A DNA stretch of 64,000 bases from Pristiophorus japonicus (lineage: Eukaryota), in assembly GCF_044704955.1 (NCBI RefSeq), contig NC_091999.1, positions 23,250,001-23,314,000 on the forward strand, given 5' to 3'. Under the pieces are notes generated by a model. It made no database searches and had not been told where the DNA came from. It worked only from the letters and a program-made list of their open reading frames with translations. A program made the translations under genes and the position numbers. Positions 1 through 11,117 of the stretch are shown one piece after another. How positions within the stretch are numbered: the stretch's first letter is position 1; each line of letters starts with the position of its first letter.

Positions 1-1373
1 GAGGGGAGAAGAGAGGGGAAGTGGAGAGGAGAGTGGAGAAGAGAAGAGCTATGGAGTTTCGAGCAATGGAGAGGAGAATAGAAGAGATGAGAGGATAGCA
101 GAGAAAAGATGAAAGCAGAGTAGAGAGAGTAGGTAGTAGATTAGAGGAGAGGAGAGGACAAGAGAGGGGACAAGGGAGGAGATTAGAAGAGAGTGCAGGA
201 GAGGATAGAAGAGTGGGTAACGGAGAGAGGAGTAGAGGTGAGTGGAGAAGAGGGGGGGAAGTTAGGGGAGAGAAGAGGAGAGAGAAGACAGTGCATGAAA
301 GGAGGAGGTGAAAAGAGGGTAGAGGAAAGGAGAGCAGAGGGGAGGAGAGGGTAGGATGGGGAGGAGAGGAGTGGAGAAACGAGGACTGGAGAGGGTACAG
401 GAGAGCAGAGGGAAGGAGAGGAGCGGGGAGGAGAGGAGAGGGGAGAACATCAGACGACACAAGTGAGGAGAGGAGTTAAAATGAAAAGGGAGAAGAGGTG
501 AGGTGGAGAGGAGAGGGGTGAGGAGAGGAGGGGAGAATTTATGGGAGAGGAGTCGAGATGATTGGAGTGGAGACGAGTGGAGAGGAGAGAGGAGAGTGGA
601 GTGAGAAGCGACCTGAAAATAGGAGAGAGGAGAGGATAGGGGTGGATCGGGGAAGACGGGAGATGAGTGGAGATGAGACAGCAGAGGAGATGAGAGGAGA
701 ATGGAGGAGAGGGAAAGGGAGGAGAATAGTGTAGGGGAGAGGAGAGAATGGAGTAGAGGCGTGGAAAAGGTAGGCAAGACGGGAGAAAATGAGGCACAAC
801 AGAGTTGATGAGAACAGCTAAAAGGGGAGGAGAGTTGAGGAGAGGGGAGAGGAGAGAGGAGAGGAGACAGGAGAGAACGGGAAGACAGGTGAGAAGAGAA
901 GTGGAGAGGAGAGAGGACGAGATGGGAGAAGGGATGAGCCGAGTGGAGAGGATGGGGGAGGAGAGGGGAGAGGAGAGATGATGAAAGGATAAGGAGGTGA
1001 GCAGAGGGGAGAGGAGAGGAGTGTGAAGGAGAGGAGAGGTGAAAGGAGGAGAGTAGTGGAGAGGCGAGGAAAAGAGAGACGAGGGGAGAGAGGAGGGTAG
1101 AGATGAGCAGGGAGGGGACGAGTGTGTAGGGGAGGAGAGGGGAGAGGAAAGCAGAGCAGGGGAGAGTAGTGGAACGGAGAGTGGATGTGTTGAGAGGAGA
1201 GGAGAGGAAAGCGGAGTGAAGAGGGGAGGGGATTAGAGGAGAGGACTGGGGAGAGGAGAGGGTAGAGGCTAGGGTGGGAGAGGAGAATAGAGTAGAGGAG
1301 GGTAGAATGTAGGGGAGAGGAGAGGAGATGAGCATTGGAGAGAGGTGAGGAGAGGAGGGGTGAGGAGGGAAGG
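1..1373. repeat. Polypurine low-complexity tract, degenerate (GGAGA)n
   Basis: Almost entirely G/A on the + strand with recurring ggaga/gagga units. The minus-strand Ser/Pro/Leu ORFs are artefacts of this. Confidence 0.95.
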
Positions 1374-2024
1374 CGTTGTGGTAAAAAGGAGGCTTCTCTC
1401 CTTCAAGGTGGACTAACTGATGTAGTTAATCGACACCTGCCCTTCCGTTGGGATAAAACTAGGCTTCTCTCCCTCGGGGTGTACTAACTGATATAGTTAA
1501 TCGATACCTCGTCCAGCTTCCCACTGTTTGACGAACACGGAAGTAAACAAACGAAACCTCAGGTTTATCGGTTTTTTTACGAGCAATGCACGGGAAGGTT
1601 CAGTATTGGAACCTCCGAAATAGAAGAGTTTTGAAGCATAATTTATACAGGTGTTGGAGAGGAGCTATCCTCCTACAAAATCATCGATAGGTCTATTGCT
1701 ATCACCGAAGTTACAGTGATTTGTCGACTCTTATCAGACGGGCTCCGAGTGGTACATGAAACTGTCCATCTCTCATCATTGTTTTATTCCATTTTGCCCT
1801 CTACCCCAGTCTATCCGACGCCTGGTGTGGTTGTCCTGGCTTCTTTATCTCTTGATCAGCGACTTTTAAACAAAACTGCTGACTTTGGCTGTTTAAGTGT
1901 TACTCAGGTTAAGCTATGATATAATGCGTATAAGTGTGTCATACCTATATAAACAATTGATAAGTTCACTACCTTCGGCATAATTCTGACCCCCTATCTA
2001 GAACCTTACTATTTATCCCTTACA
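1374..2024 (-). repeat. 3' LTR of ERV-A
   Basis: Aligns with 10522-11117 (ggaggcttctct...ggactaactgat...gagctatcctcct...tttatccctt) and ends in cccttaca. It has a ~60-bp internal duplication (~1390 vs ~1460). A purine-rich PPT (AGTGGGTAAT on minus) lies at 2025-2034. Confidence 0.9.
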
Positions 2025-2199
2025 ATTACCCACTAATGGCCCTTGACTATATGCCCAAGATAGGCCATTTCACAATTAATTCCACATGGGTGAGATTCCA
2101 GGGTTGTCCTTTCACTTGGGTAGTGCTACTTCCCGAGCTCCTGGAGCTATCTGTTGGCTTTCCCATCAAGGTTATACTATGTATGTCCTTTCTGCCGGA

Positions 2200-4290
2200 C
2201 TATCTGATTTCCCTTTCTTCAATGTTTTAACTATAGTACGGGCTCGGGCTTGCCTCTTACGTCGGTTACAGCTTTCTGAAGGATAATACTAGCAAGGTGA
2301 GCACCCTTGCACCACAACCAGTACATTGAGTCTAGCTTAGTTCATGTATAAGTCCTTTGTAGCCAACATTTTCTCGGTGTTTGAATTATGCCACGCCTGG
2401 AGTATCTGCTGTTTCATCTATCTTCCCTCCACTTGGGGTCTTCACTGTTCTGCCGAATTTCTGCCCCGCCTGGAGTATCCTATATGTTGTCGAATGGTGT
2501 CCAATTCAGTCGAGTTTGTTTCTCTTTCAATTCGAGTATCAGTTTTCATTTTGGCCCGCTGGTCTTCGCATAATCTCCTCAGGCAATGTCCATCATTGTC
2601 CCATCGATCATTCCTCCTTTAGCTCAGGGGTTATAATAAACCCATTTATATCTGTCTCATCAAGTGGAGTAAAGCAGAAGTCTATATCCATAATGGTGCA
2701 TGCGGTGTTGCTTTCTTCATTTCAGTTGCAATGGTGGTCACACATCAATCTCCATATCCTCGTGAAACAGCGATAATTTTGTAGTCCTGTGTTAGTGGAG
2801 GTGATGCTCAAGGTTAACGCGTCCACGTGGTTATATCCACAGTCATCTTTGATCATTCGTATTGGATCTCGACATAAAGCAACTTGGTTATTTTTATAAC
2901 AATCTACATATGCTGAGATTCTTAGTACTATTGTTCTCCTCAGTTACATTTCTGGTTTGTCATCATACCACAAGCGAGTTTGATTCCTTATTTCTCCTGC
3001 ATTGTTTAGTATAGAGGATCTCCTGTTGTCACATCATACTGTGGTAGAGATAATAAAAAATCTATTTAAATGTCCGGTAACACAGCTGGCCTTTGAAACC
3101 CAAGCATGACTGTTTCTCTGCACCTCGCAGGCATGAGTCATGTTTTTTCTAAGGTCCACTTGGTAAATATATCGAGTGTTATCCAATCCGGCACCTTTCC
3201 ATTCTGAAGCTACTCTATGTTATGTTGTATTCCATTGAGCAACCATGCTCCATATCCTGCACGTACTAGTTCTGTCTGTATGGTTTTACTTAAGTTGCGT
3301 TATGCTCTATTCATTTATATTTCTGGTGTGGTCTCGCAATGTGTGCGCCACTGTAATAATTCGATTTCTGCGCCATTACCCAGCTGTGCCTGTATCTTTT
3401 CATTATCCTTATCTCTTTACAGCAATCCCTGTCAGGTTCATGCGAAGGCGTTAACTGAATCATCTATCGTGTGCAGGTCTATAGTTTCGCAACTCCCGCC
3501 ACATACACGTATCCCGCCGTGTATTCTGCAGTGTATCCTGCCACGTATCCTGCCGTGTATCCTGCCTCGTACCATTTCTAGTATCCCTCTTTTTCCCCTG
3601 ACCCGTTTTTTTTTTACCTGACCCTCTTTCCACATTAAACTTCATGGTTTTGGATTCAGCGCCTTTAAGTGCTCGAAGGATCATGTTTCTATACAGGCTT
3701 ATACTGTTTAACCCGCAGATGTTGGGGTAGCTTTATTTTTTAAATTTAGGAATACAGTAATTATTCGCTGACGTACCCTGAAGTGTATCTTATCCTTGGT
3801 CTGCCTTATCAATTTCTCTTTTGCCCCAGTGTTCACAGTTGGACAGGTTTGTGGCGCTGGGGGTGTGATGGTCGAGGCCCTGGTCATGCTCACTGTTGCT
3901 AAACGAGTGGATGGGGCCGTGTTGGTAGGTCTATCTCTGGAGATATCCCTCCACCACCATTCATAGATGTTAGTGAAATCTGCACCCCCTTCCCCGGGTG
4001 CAGTATGTTTGTCCCTCTTGATTAAAAACACACCGCGGTCTTATTCCCACTAATTATGGTTCTATATTATTGACTCATCCCCAATGTTGTTTTGTTTCCT
4101 TGTAACGTTGTTTTATGCCCGTTATTTAACTCGACTATTGTTCCGTCCGTCACAATCAGTGTTTTTGATGTTTTATTAAACTAATGTCGCCCAAGTCCCT
4201 GTAGTACTGGCCTTGCCATCCCGCAGTCTGTTGTCCCTGATATGAGGCTGCCTCACTCCACGTTATTTCCACGAGCTCTCGAGTCCTGCA
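2200..4290 (-). pseudogene. env: env-like envelope glycoprotein pseudogene of ERV-A
   Basis: Lies between integrase and PPT, after a splice-acceptor-like TATTGCTTTTTGCAG (~4287-4301). It has a Thr/Pro-rich segment, RGKR|GILEMV (~3570-3600), a helical segment, AGYGAWLLNGIQHNIE*LQNGKVPDWI (~3180-3260), a Cys-rich region and a hydrophobic stretch near 2280-2330. Disrupted. Confidence 0.75.
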
Positions 4291-4311
4291 AAAAGCAATA
4301 TTTTCCGGTCG

Positions 4312-7260
4312 TCACTGGTTAGTTAGTGACCATGCTTTTTTAACTGGATCCAGTGTTTCCACTTGCCGATACTCCTTATAAGTACCATAACTTACCATGA
4401 TTACCTGATAGAGACCGATCCATTTGGATGCGATCCCGAACCTCTCTGGGGTAATCTCTTGACTGCCTATTTGGGGTGTTTGGAACTTCTGTTTCTTAGT
4501 GTCGTTCTCTAAATCCTTGATTTGCTGATCTCGAACCTTTGACTCTAAATCATGTAACTGCTTACAGAGTTCCATTACAGATTTCCATATTTTTTTAGTT
4601 CAAAGGTATCATTCCTGTCGTTCGACTAGGGGTTGCCTTGAGCTTTATTTATACTCGGGGTATCCTGTCTACCCATAACTTTCCAGTCTCGTTGATGTGG
4701 GATAGTTTTTGCCTAATCCCTAAGCGCACGCCTGTATCATTATCTTCCCTGTGAAGTGTGTACCTTGATATGAGTTCAGCTGCAGTGCCATTATTTTGTT
4801 TGCTAGGATCCTGGCCATGGTTTCTACTGAACAATTCCTAGTGGCGAAAGCTTCTACCCACTTCATAAACGTGTCTATTATAACTAAGCAGTATGTTTTC
4901 CCCTTGTTGCTGGATAAAGGTCCAATAAAATCTACCTGCAAATTTTCCCAGAGTCCCTTCGGTCGGGGCTGATGTCCCATTCTGACCTTTACTTTCCCCC
5001 CTGGGTTGTATTTTGCGCATATCACGCACCTTCTGCAGAGGTCCTCTATATCTCTAGATATTCCCTTCCACCACCAGCATCTGGACATCAAGCTTATCAT
5101 GTTGGTTCGACCTGTATGCACATACCCGTGGTATAAATTTAATAGGCTCCCCTGGATGCATTCCGGGGCCACAACATTCCCATCTTTTCTCCATATCCCG
5201 TTGGTCCCTTGTTTGGCCCATCTCTGCTTCCACTCCTCCTGTTCCTGCGGAGTGGCCTCTCCCTGTACCTCAAGCATATTTACTTCCTCAGGCCCAATTG
5301 TACATGCTCTGCCTTGGGCTTCCCCGGTCAGTGTACCTGCCACTCGCTTGGCTGCTTCATCTGTCCATGCATTCCCCTGTTCATACTGATCATTATTTTT
5401 TACGTGTGCTTTGATCTTTATTATCGCACACTCCTGGGGTAGGAAGGAGGCTTCCACTAGATGTTTCCCAATCTCCTCATGTTTAATCGGTCCTCCTCCT
5501 GAGGTCGTGTATCACCGTCTGCTCCAGGCTATCATATAATCATGCTCTACTCCGAAAGCATATCGACTGTCTGTATAGATATTTACTCATTTTCCCCTCG
5601 CAAGCCTCAGAGCCTCAGTGAGAACCACAAATTCAACCACTTGAGCTGATAGATTCTCTTCTAACCGTCCTTCCCCTTTGACCTGACCGCTGCTATCTAC
5701 CACGGCCCATCCCGTCTGTGGTGTCCCATTGATATAGCGCCGAAACTCATCTACATATAGATCCATGTCTGCCTCCTCAAGCAGGGTTTCACTTGCCTGA
5801 CTACTTCCCTCATCTTCTGTTGTGCTACAATGATGCTCCTCTCCCTTTGTAATGATCCACCCTGCAGGCATCTTTTATTATTGTTACCGTCCCGTTGAGT
5901 GGGGCGGGGGGCGGGGTGGGGTGGTGGGGGGGGGGAGGAGGGGGGAGAACATTATTTACCTCCTCGCCATTTGTGCATCGAATACATTTTTAGCCTTCCA
6001 GTGTTAAGTAATTCTACTAAGGTACGCTGGGTTTGTAGAATAATGCACCCTGACATTATTATTGGTTCGTTAACTCTGATGGCCCAAGCCGCACAGTCGA
6101 GGGCAGCAACGCACCTGGACAGTCCTGCAGCTACAGGTTGCGGTTTGTCTGAGTAATATGCCACGGTCTATGCCTGTCTCCATGTAATTGAATCACCACC
6201 GCGTTATAATGATGGTTAATGTGGTAGGTATAGACGTGAAAGGGCCTATTCTGGTCTGGTAGTCCCAGGGCTGGAGCCCTTGTGAGAGTTTGTTTTAACG
6301 GCACACATGCAGTTTCTTGATCTAGGCCCCAGTTTACTGGCTCTTAGGAGGGTTCCCACCCTTTGACCTGTTTCTGTATAGGTTAGTCCACCTTGGCATA
6401 TTCGGGAATAACATTTCTGCAGTAGTTGAATAGCCCTAGTACCTGCCTGACCCCTTTCACGGTTCCTGGTCTGGGGATTAATTGAATTGCTTCCTTACTG
6501 TCCTCGGGCATCTGTCTCTTCCCTTACGATATTATGTATCCCAGATATGTTACTTCGCTCCATCTTTCTCCTAAGTCTACTGGTTCCAAACTCCCTGACA
6601 ATATTCGATGAAATATGCTCCAGCTGTTATTGAATCCCAGTGGTACCTTCGCCCATGTGTTTTGTTATCCATTTACCGTGAAGACAAATTTTCCTTGAGA
6701 CTCTTTGGCTAAGGGAATGGTCCAAGTTCCATTCACTATATCCAGCATGGTGAATATCTTATGATCTGGATCCAGGCCATTAAAAATTGTGGCTGGACTT
6801 GCCACTATTGGGTGTTCTCCGGAAGTCACCTTATTCAGGGTGGTATAATCGATAGTCAATCGGTAAGACCTGTCGGGTTTCTTCATCAGCCACACAGGTG
6901 AATTAATGGAGGCTATTACATGTTTCAATATACTTTGCTCCTCTAATTCATGCACTATCTGACAGACCGCTACCTCAGCTTCGGGTGTTAATTGGAACTG
7001 TCGGTGAGCTTTGTGTTAGGGTCCAGGAATTTTGATGGGTGATATCTCTGCTAATCCATAATCTTGTTTGCATTGTGCCCACAGAGTCGGGTATAATTGG
7101 CACACGCTACCCCATACACCCTTTGTTTCCCACTCGGGTTGGATTATGGTTGTTCCTACCACTCGTTGCTGCTGGTGTCCCGGGTTTTCGAACTTAATTC
7201 GGTTTTCGTGCTTATCCCCCAAAATTATCCGATTACGCTGAAGAGCTATCAGTACCCGTA
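4312..7260 (-). pseudogene. pol: pol pseudogene (RT, tether, RNase H, integrase) of ERV-A
   Basis: ORF pieces 6665-6955 (RT N-half), 5952-6164 (tether), 5587-5871 and 4720-5457 (RNase H, integrase), 4312-4575 (integrase C-terminus). Confidence 0.92.
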
Positions 7261-7454
7261 TCTCCCTTAATGTATCGCTGCCTTCTGTATGCCTTCTTTA
7301 TGTTGTCTTCTGTATTCTGACAGCACCAAAACTGAACAGGTAGCATTACCCCTGTACTTCGACAACACCATCTCACTTCGGGTTGCTTTCTGATATCCCC
7401 CACTCTCTCCTTGTATGTTGATGGTCCTATGGGTCAGGGGCAAATCTAAGTTGG

Positions 7455-8480
7455 CTATTGGGTATTCTCTGGTTGGGGCGGTGGTGGCCGTGGTACTGAT
7501 ACCTGTCTGAGCATGTCCATCAGATCTTCCCTGATTAATGGTATTCCCTTCTTTGCCTGTTTGTGGTCTCGCCATCCAGCGCCTTCCTCATAACTCCAGC
7601 AATATTTGGCCAAATGTCCAAGTTTACCACAATTATGACATTTCCCTTTAGAATTGCCGTAATGTCTGCTTTTCTGCAGGCAATCCCTACTGAAGTTGCC
7701 TTCCTGATTGCAGTTTAAACATATCAGTGGAGATGCGCGGGAGTCTGTCTCTTCCTCCTTCATCTCTGCTGCTAACGCTGTTGCTGCTATTTTTGCTCTT
7801 TTATCCCTTGTTCTAACTTTAACCCCTCTTCATGTTCTGACCATTCCAAAGTTTCATCATAATCATCTCCTAACTTAAATACTCACGTAATTATCTGTTG
7901 ATGTGCCTTTCCTAGTCCATTCTTAAACATTTTCAAGAATGCTGCATCATTTCTGTTGCGGTCATCAGCCCCAGAGTGGTTTTTGTATTCAATCCACTTT
8001 CGTTCCCCGTACTCCCCACCCCTTTTCCCTGCCTTTTGAGTGACAGTATTCTACTCCAGTCTTTTGTCAAAGATCTGTATCTCGACTATTTTGCTTTAGC
8101 GGGTGGTAACTTATTCATTAGAATTTGTCTCCTGTGGGCTGAGGGGCACCTCCTGCATGGTAATGTGGGCTGCTCTACATCCGCTGGAGCGAATGGTGGT
8201 CGTGCGTATCAGTGCCACTGATAAATAGCCATTATCAGGTGCTGGGGCCACCTCTACTCCAAACTCATTATCCCTCTCTGGTTGACTGTTAGGTTGGGGT
8301 TGTGGACTGCACTTACCCACCTTGGGGTACATTATCTCTATTACCGTAGGTGATGGTGCTCTGGCTGTGCTCTGCACTATCCATCTGGTCCTGTCTTTTT
8401 CTCTGCCAGCTTATTTATCTTAGCTTCTAACTCTTGAATTTGATGTGTTTAAGTATCTATCTGTCCTCTGTAGGAGGTGA
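7455..8480 (-). pseudogene. gag: gag pseudogene (C-terminal part with two zinc knuckles) of ERV-A
   Basis: CLNCNQEGNFSRDC and CHNCGKLGHLAKYC in ORF 7455-7763, with a Pro-rich region at 8111-8377. The upstream part is interrupted by a CR1 insertion. Confidence 0.85.
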
Positions 8481-8483
8481 GTA

Positions 8484-9147
8484 AACATAGAAATATAGAA
8501 ACAGAGAAACATAGAAAATAGGTGCAGGAGTAGACCATTCGGCCCTTCTAGCCTTCACCGCCATTCAATGAGTTCATGGCTGAACATGCAACTTCAGTAC
8601 CCCATTCCTGCTTTCTCACCATACCCCTTGATTCCCCTAGTAGTAAGGACTTCATCCAACTCCTTTTTGAATATATTTCGTGAATTGGCCTCAACAACTT
8701 TTTGTGGTAGAGAATTCCACAGGTTCACCACTCTCTGGGTGAAGAAATTCCTCCTCATCTCGGTCCTAAATGGCTTCCCCCTTATCCTTAGACTGTGTCC
8801 CCTGGTTCTGGACTTCCCCAACATTGGGAACATTCTTCCTGCATCTAACCTGTCTAACCCCGTCAGAATTTTAAACGTTTCTATGAGGACCCCTCTCATT
8901 CTTCTGAACTCCAGTGAATACAAGCTCAGTTGATCCAGTCTTTCTTCATAGGTCAGTCCCGCCTTCCCGGGAATCAGTCTGGTGAACATTCGCTGCACTC
9001 CCTCAATAGCAAGAATGTCCTTCCTCAGGTTAGGAGACAAAATTGTACACAATACTCCAGGTGTGGCCTCACCAAGGCCCTGTACAATTGTAACAACACC
9101 TCCCTGACCCTGTACTCAAATCCCCTCGCTATGAAGGCCAACATGCC
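8484..9147 (-). mobile_element. 5'-truncated CR1 LINE inserted in ERV-A gag
   Basis: CR1 ORF2 C-terminus (EGVQRMFTRLIPG...RRNFFTQRVVNLWNSLP) plus 3' UTR and (TTTCTATG)n tail at 8484-8520. Confidence 0.95.
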
Positions 9148-10501
9148 TTATTACATAGGCTTTCTTCGTTTTGTTTTCATTCTGAATATCCCCACATTTC
9201 TTCTGTCTGTCAGGTGAGTCTTTTTTCTTTTATTAAGAAATCCAAACTAATAATGTCCAGTATAAAACATCTTTCAATGGAAAGGGTTAACTCCACTACA
9301 GGTCTGTAAGAAGGTCTGGCGTCATTACATGACTTCGGGTATCCATCTGAAAATATTTCCCCAAGTCTTTGTGCTTTCAAAACTTGATAAGAAATTAGGA
9401 ATCCGTTCAAATAGCAGAAATTATTGGTAAAGTTGTCAAAATAAAACCTTCTCAGCGGGAAAGGCAGCATTTTAGATTAAACTCCAATTTCTCTACACAC
9501 CCGATTCAAATACGTGCCAACGAGTTTTTCATTGATTTAAAGCGAGACCACACATTTTAATAGCTATTTTGTTTACAGAAATCCAATTTCCACGCAAGCT
9601 ATATACATTCCAGTATTTTGTTTTTTTATGGTCCCGTTCACTGAGCAAATCTTGTGTTTTATTTTCTCTCGGCACAAATCTAAACTTCGGTGCCGGTCCA
9701 TCTTTTTAAGAATCCTGTAATTCCCAGTTTTTTCTTTCTGTGCTGAGTTCACATAGCTTAGATCTTTTCCCCCTTTTGAATCTGAACCTAATCATTTTTT
9801 GATGACCTTACTCCAGTCCATAGTTAAACATCTTTGTTTCTCTTCCTCGGCAAAAACCGCTGTCGGGTTTAACTCATAAGTTTTTATATTTCAACCAATA
9901 TCCTTTTCACAGCCAATTTAAATCTCGTTTCTTCAAATTAGGTTTAGTATTTTGATGATCTTCCTCCAGTCCATTTTGCTCAACATCTTTGTTTCTCTGC
10001 AGCTTTCAAGGTCAAATTTCTATCTTTTGATAAAAACAAATTGTCCTTTGTAAATTCAATTTGATATCCAACATTTTTCTTTTCTTTTATTAATTTTCCA
10101 TTTATCTCAGCGAGCATTTTATCCCACTGGCCAGTTTTCCTAGGATCCTGGGGTCCCATCCCACAGTTTAGGTTGTATCCCTTCTTGTTTGCACCGCACA
10201 CGATCAATACCAGCTTCACTGTGTTATTACCACGTCATGCTTCAGGACATATGCCTTATACTTCCCATAACGATCGCTGGGGTCCACTCCCCATGCGGTT
10301 GCATTCCTTCTTTCTCAGGCATACACCTATCCCACCCTTGGTTTTCAGCCATCTGTGGTTCGTTATAAGTTGTCCTACAGCTGACCCCTTCTAATTCTTT
10401 ATACAAATTAGCTCCTTCCCCGTCAATGCTACAGCTGCATGTGGTAAAAAAACATGCTCACTACCATTTAGCTGTCACGTGATCCAGGTCGGAAGGTCTG
10501 C

Positions 10502-10519
10502 ATCCGGTTCATGACGCCA
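10502..10519 (-). promoter_or_regulatory. Primer-binding site, tRNA-Ser
   Basis: Minus strand TGGCGTCATGAACCGGAT, 2 nt after the LTR-terminal CA. It has 2 mismatches to the complement of a vertebrate tRNA-Ser(CGA) 3' end (TGGCGTCACGAACAGGAT, from recall). Confidence 0.8.
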
Positions 10520-10521
10520 AA

Positions 10522-11117
10522 TGTTGGGGTTAAATGGAGGCTTCTCTTCTTCGACGTGGACTAACTGATATAGTTCATCGACACCTCACCTTTCTCCCAC
10601 TGTATAACGACCACGGATGTGAACATACGAAATCCAGGATCAACTGGCTTTTATTACGAGCAATTGCAAGGGAAGGTTCAGTCGTGGAACCTCCGAAATA
10701 CAAGAGTTTCCAAGCATAACTTATACAGGTTTTGGAGAGGAGCTATCCTCCTGCAAAATCATTGATACGTCTATTGATATCAGCGAAGTTACATTGATTT
10801 GTCGACTCTTATCCGACGGGCTCTGAGTGGTAAATGCAACAGTCCATCTCTCATCATTGTTTTGTTCCATTTTTCCCTCTACCCCAGTCTATCCGACGGT
10901 TAGAGTGGCTGTACTTGCTTATTTATCTCTTCCTCAGGGACGTAAAAAAACTACTGACCGGCTGTTTAAGTATTACAGAGGTTACGGATTCAGTTCAATG
11001 CGTTATACATTTGCGCTGTACCTAAATAAGCAAGTGTTACCTACGTAGCAATTATAAGTTCAAGAACTTCATCATAATTCTGAGCTCCTATTTGCACCTT
11101 ATAATTTATCCCTTGAA
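10522..11117 (-). repeat. 5' LTR of ERV-A
   Basis: Homologous to 1374-2024, with AATAAA on minus near 10650 and the PBS adjacent. Confidence 0.9.

Larger units (their letters stand above)
1374..11117 (-). mobile_element. Decayed endogenous retrovirus ERV-A: LTR-PBS-leader/gag-pro-pol-env-PPT-LTR, foamy/lokiretrovirus-like
   Basis: Two related LTRs (1374-2024, 10522-11117) and a tRNA-Ser PBS. Gag has two CCHC knuckles. RT motifs YRLTIDY, LDIVNGTWTIPL, VLGLFNYCRN; RNase H YTDSRYAFG; integrase HHCC and LQVDFIGP; env furin site. Many stops and frameshifts. Confidence 0.92.

Noticed and set aside
262-1335. 357-aa Ser/Pro/Leu ORF and overlapping ORFs
   Set aside because: Translation of the polypyrimidine strand of a (GGAGA)n tract; few stops are expected from composition.
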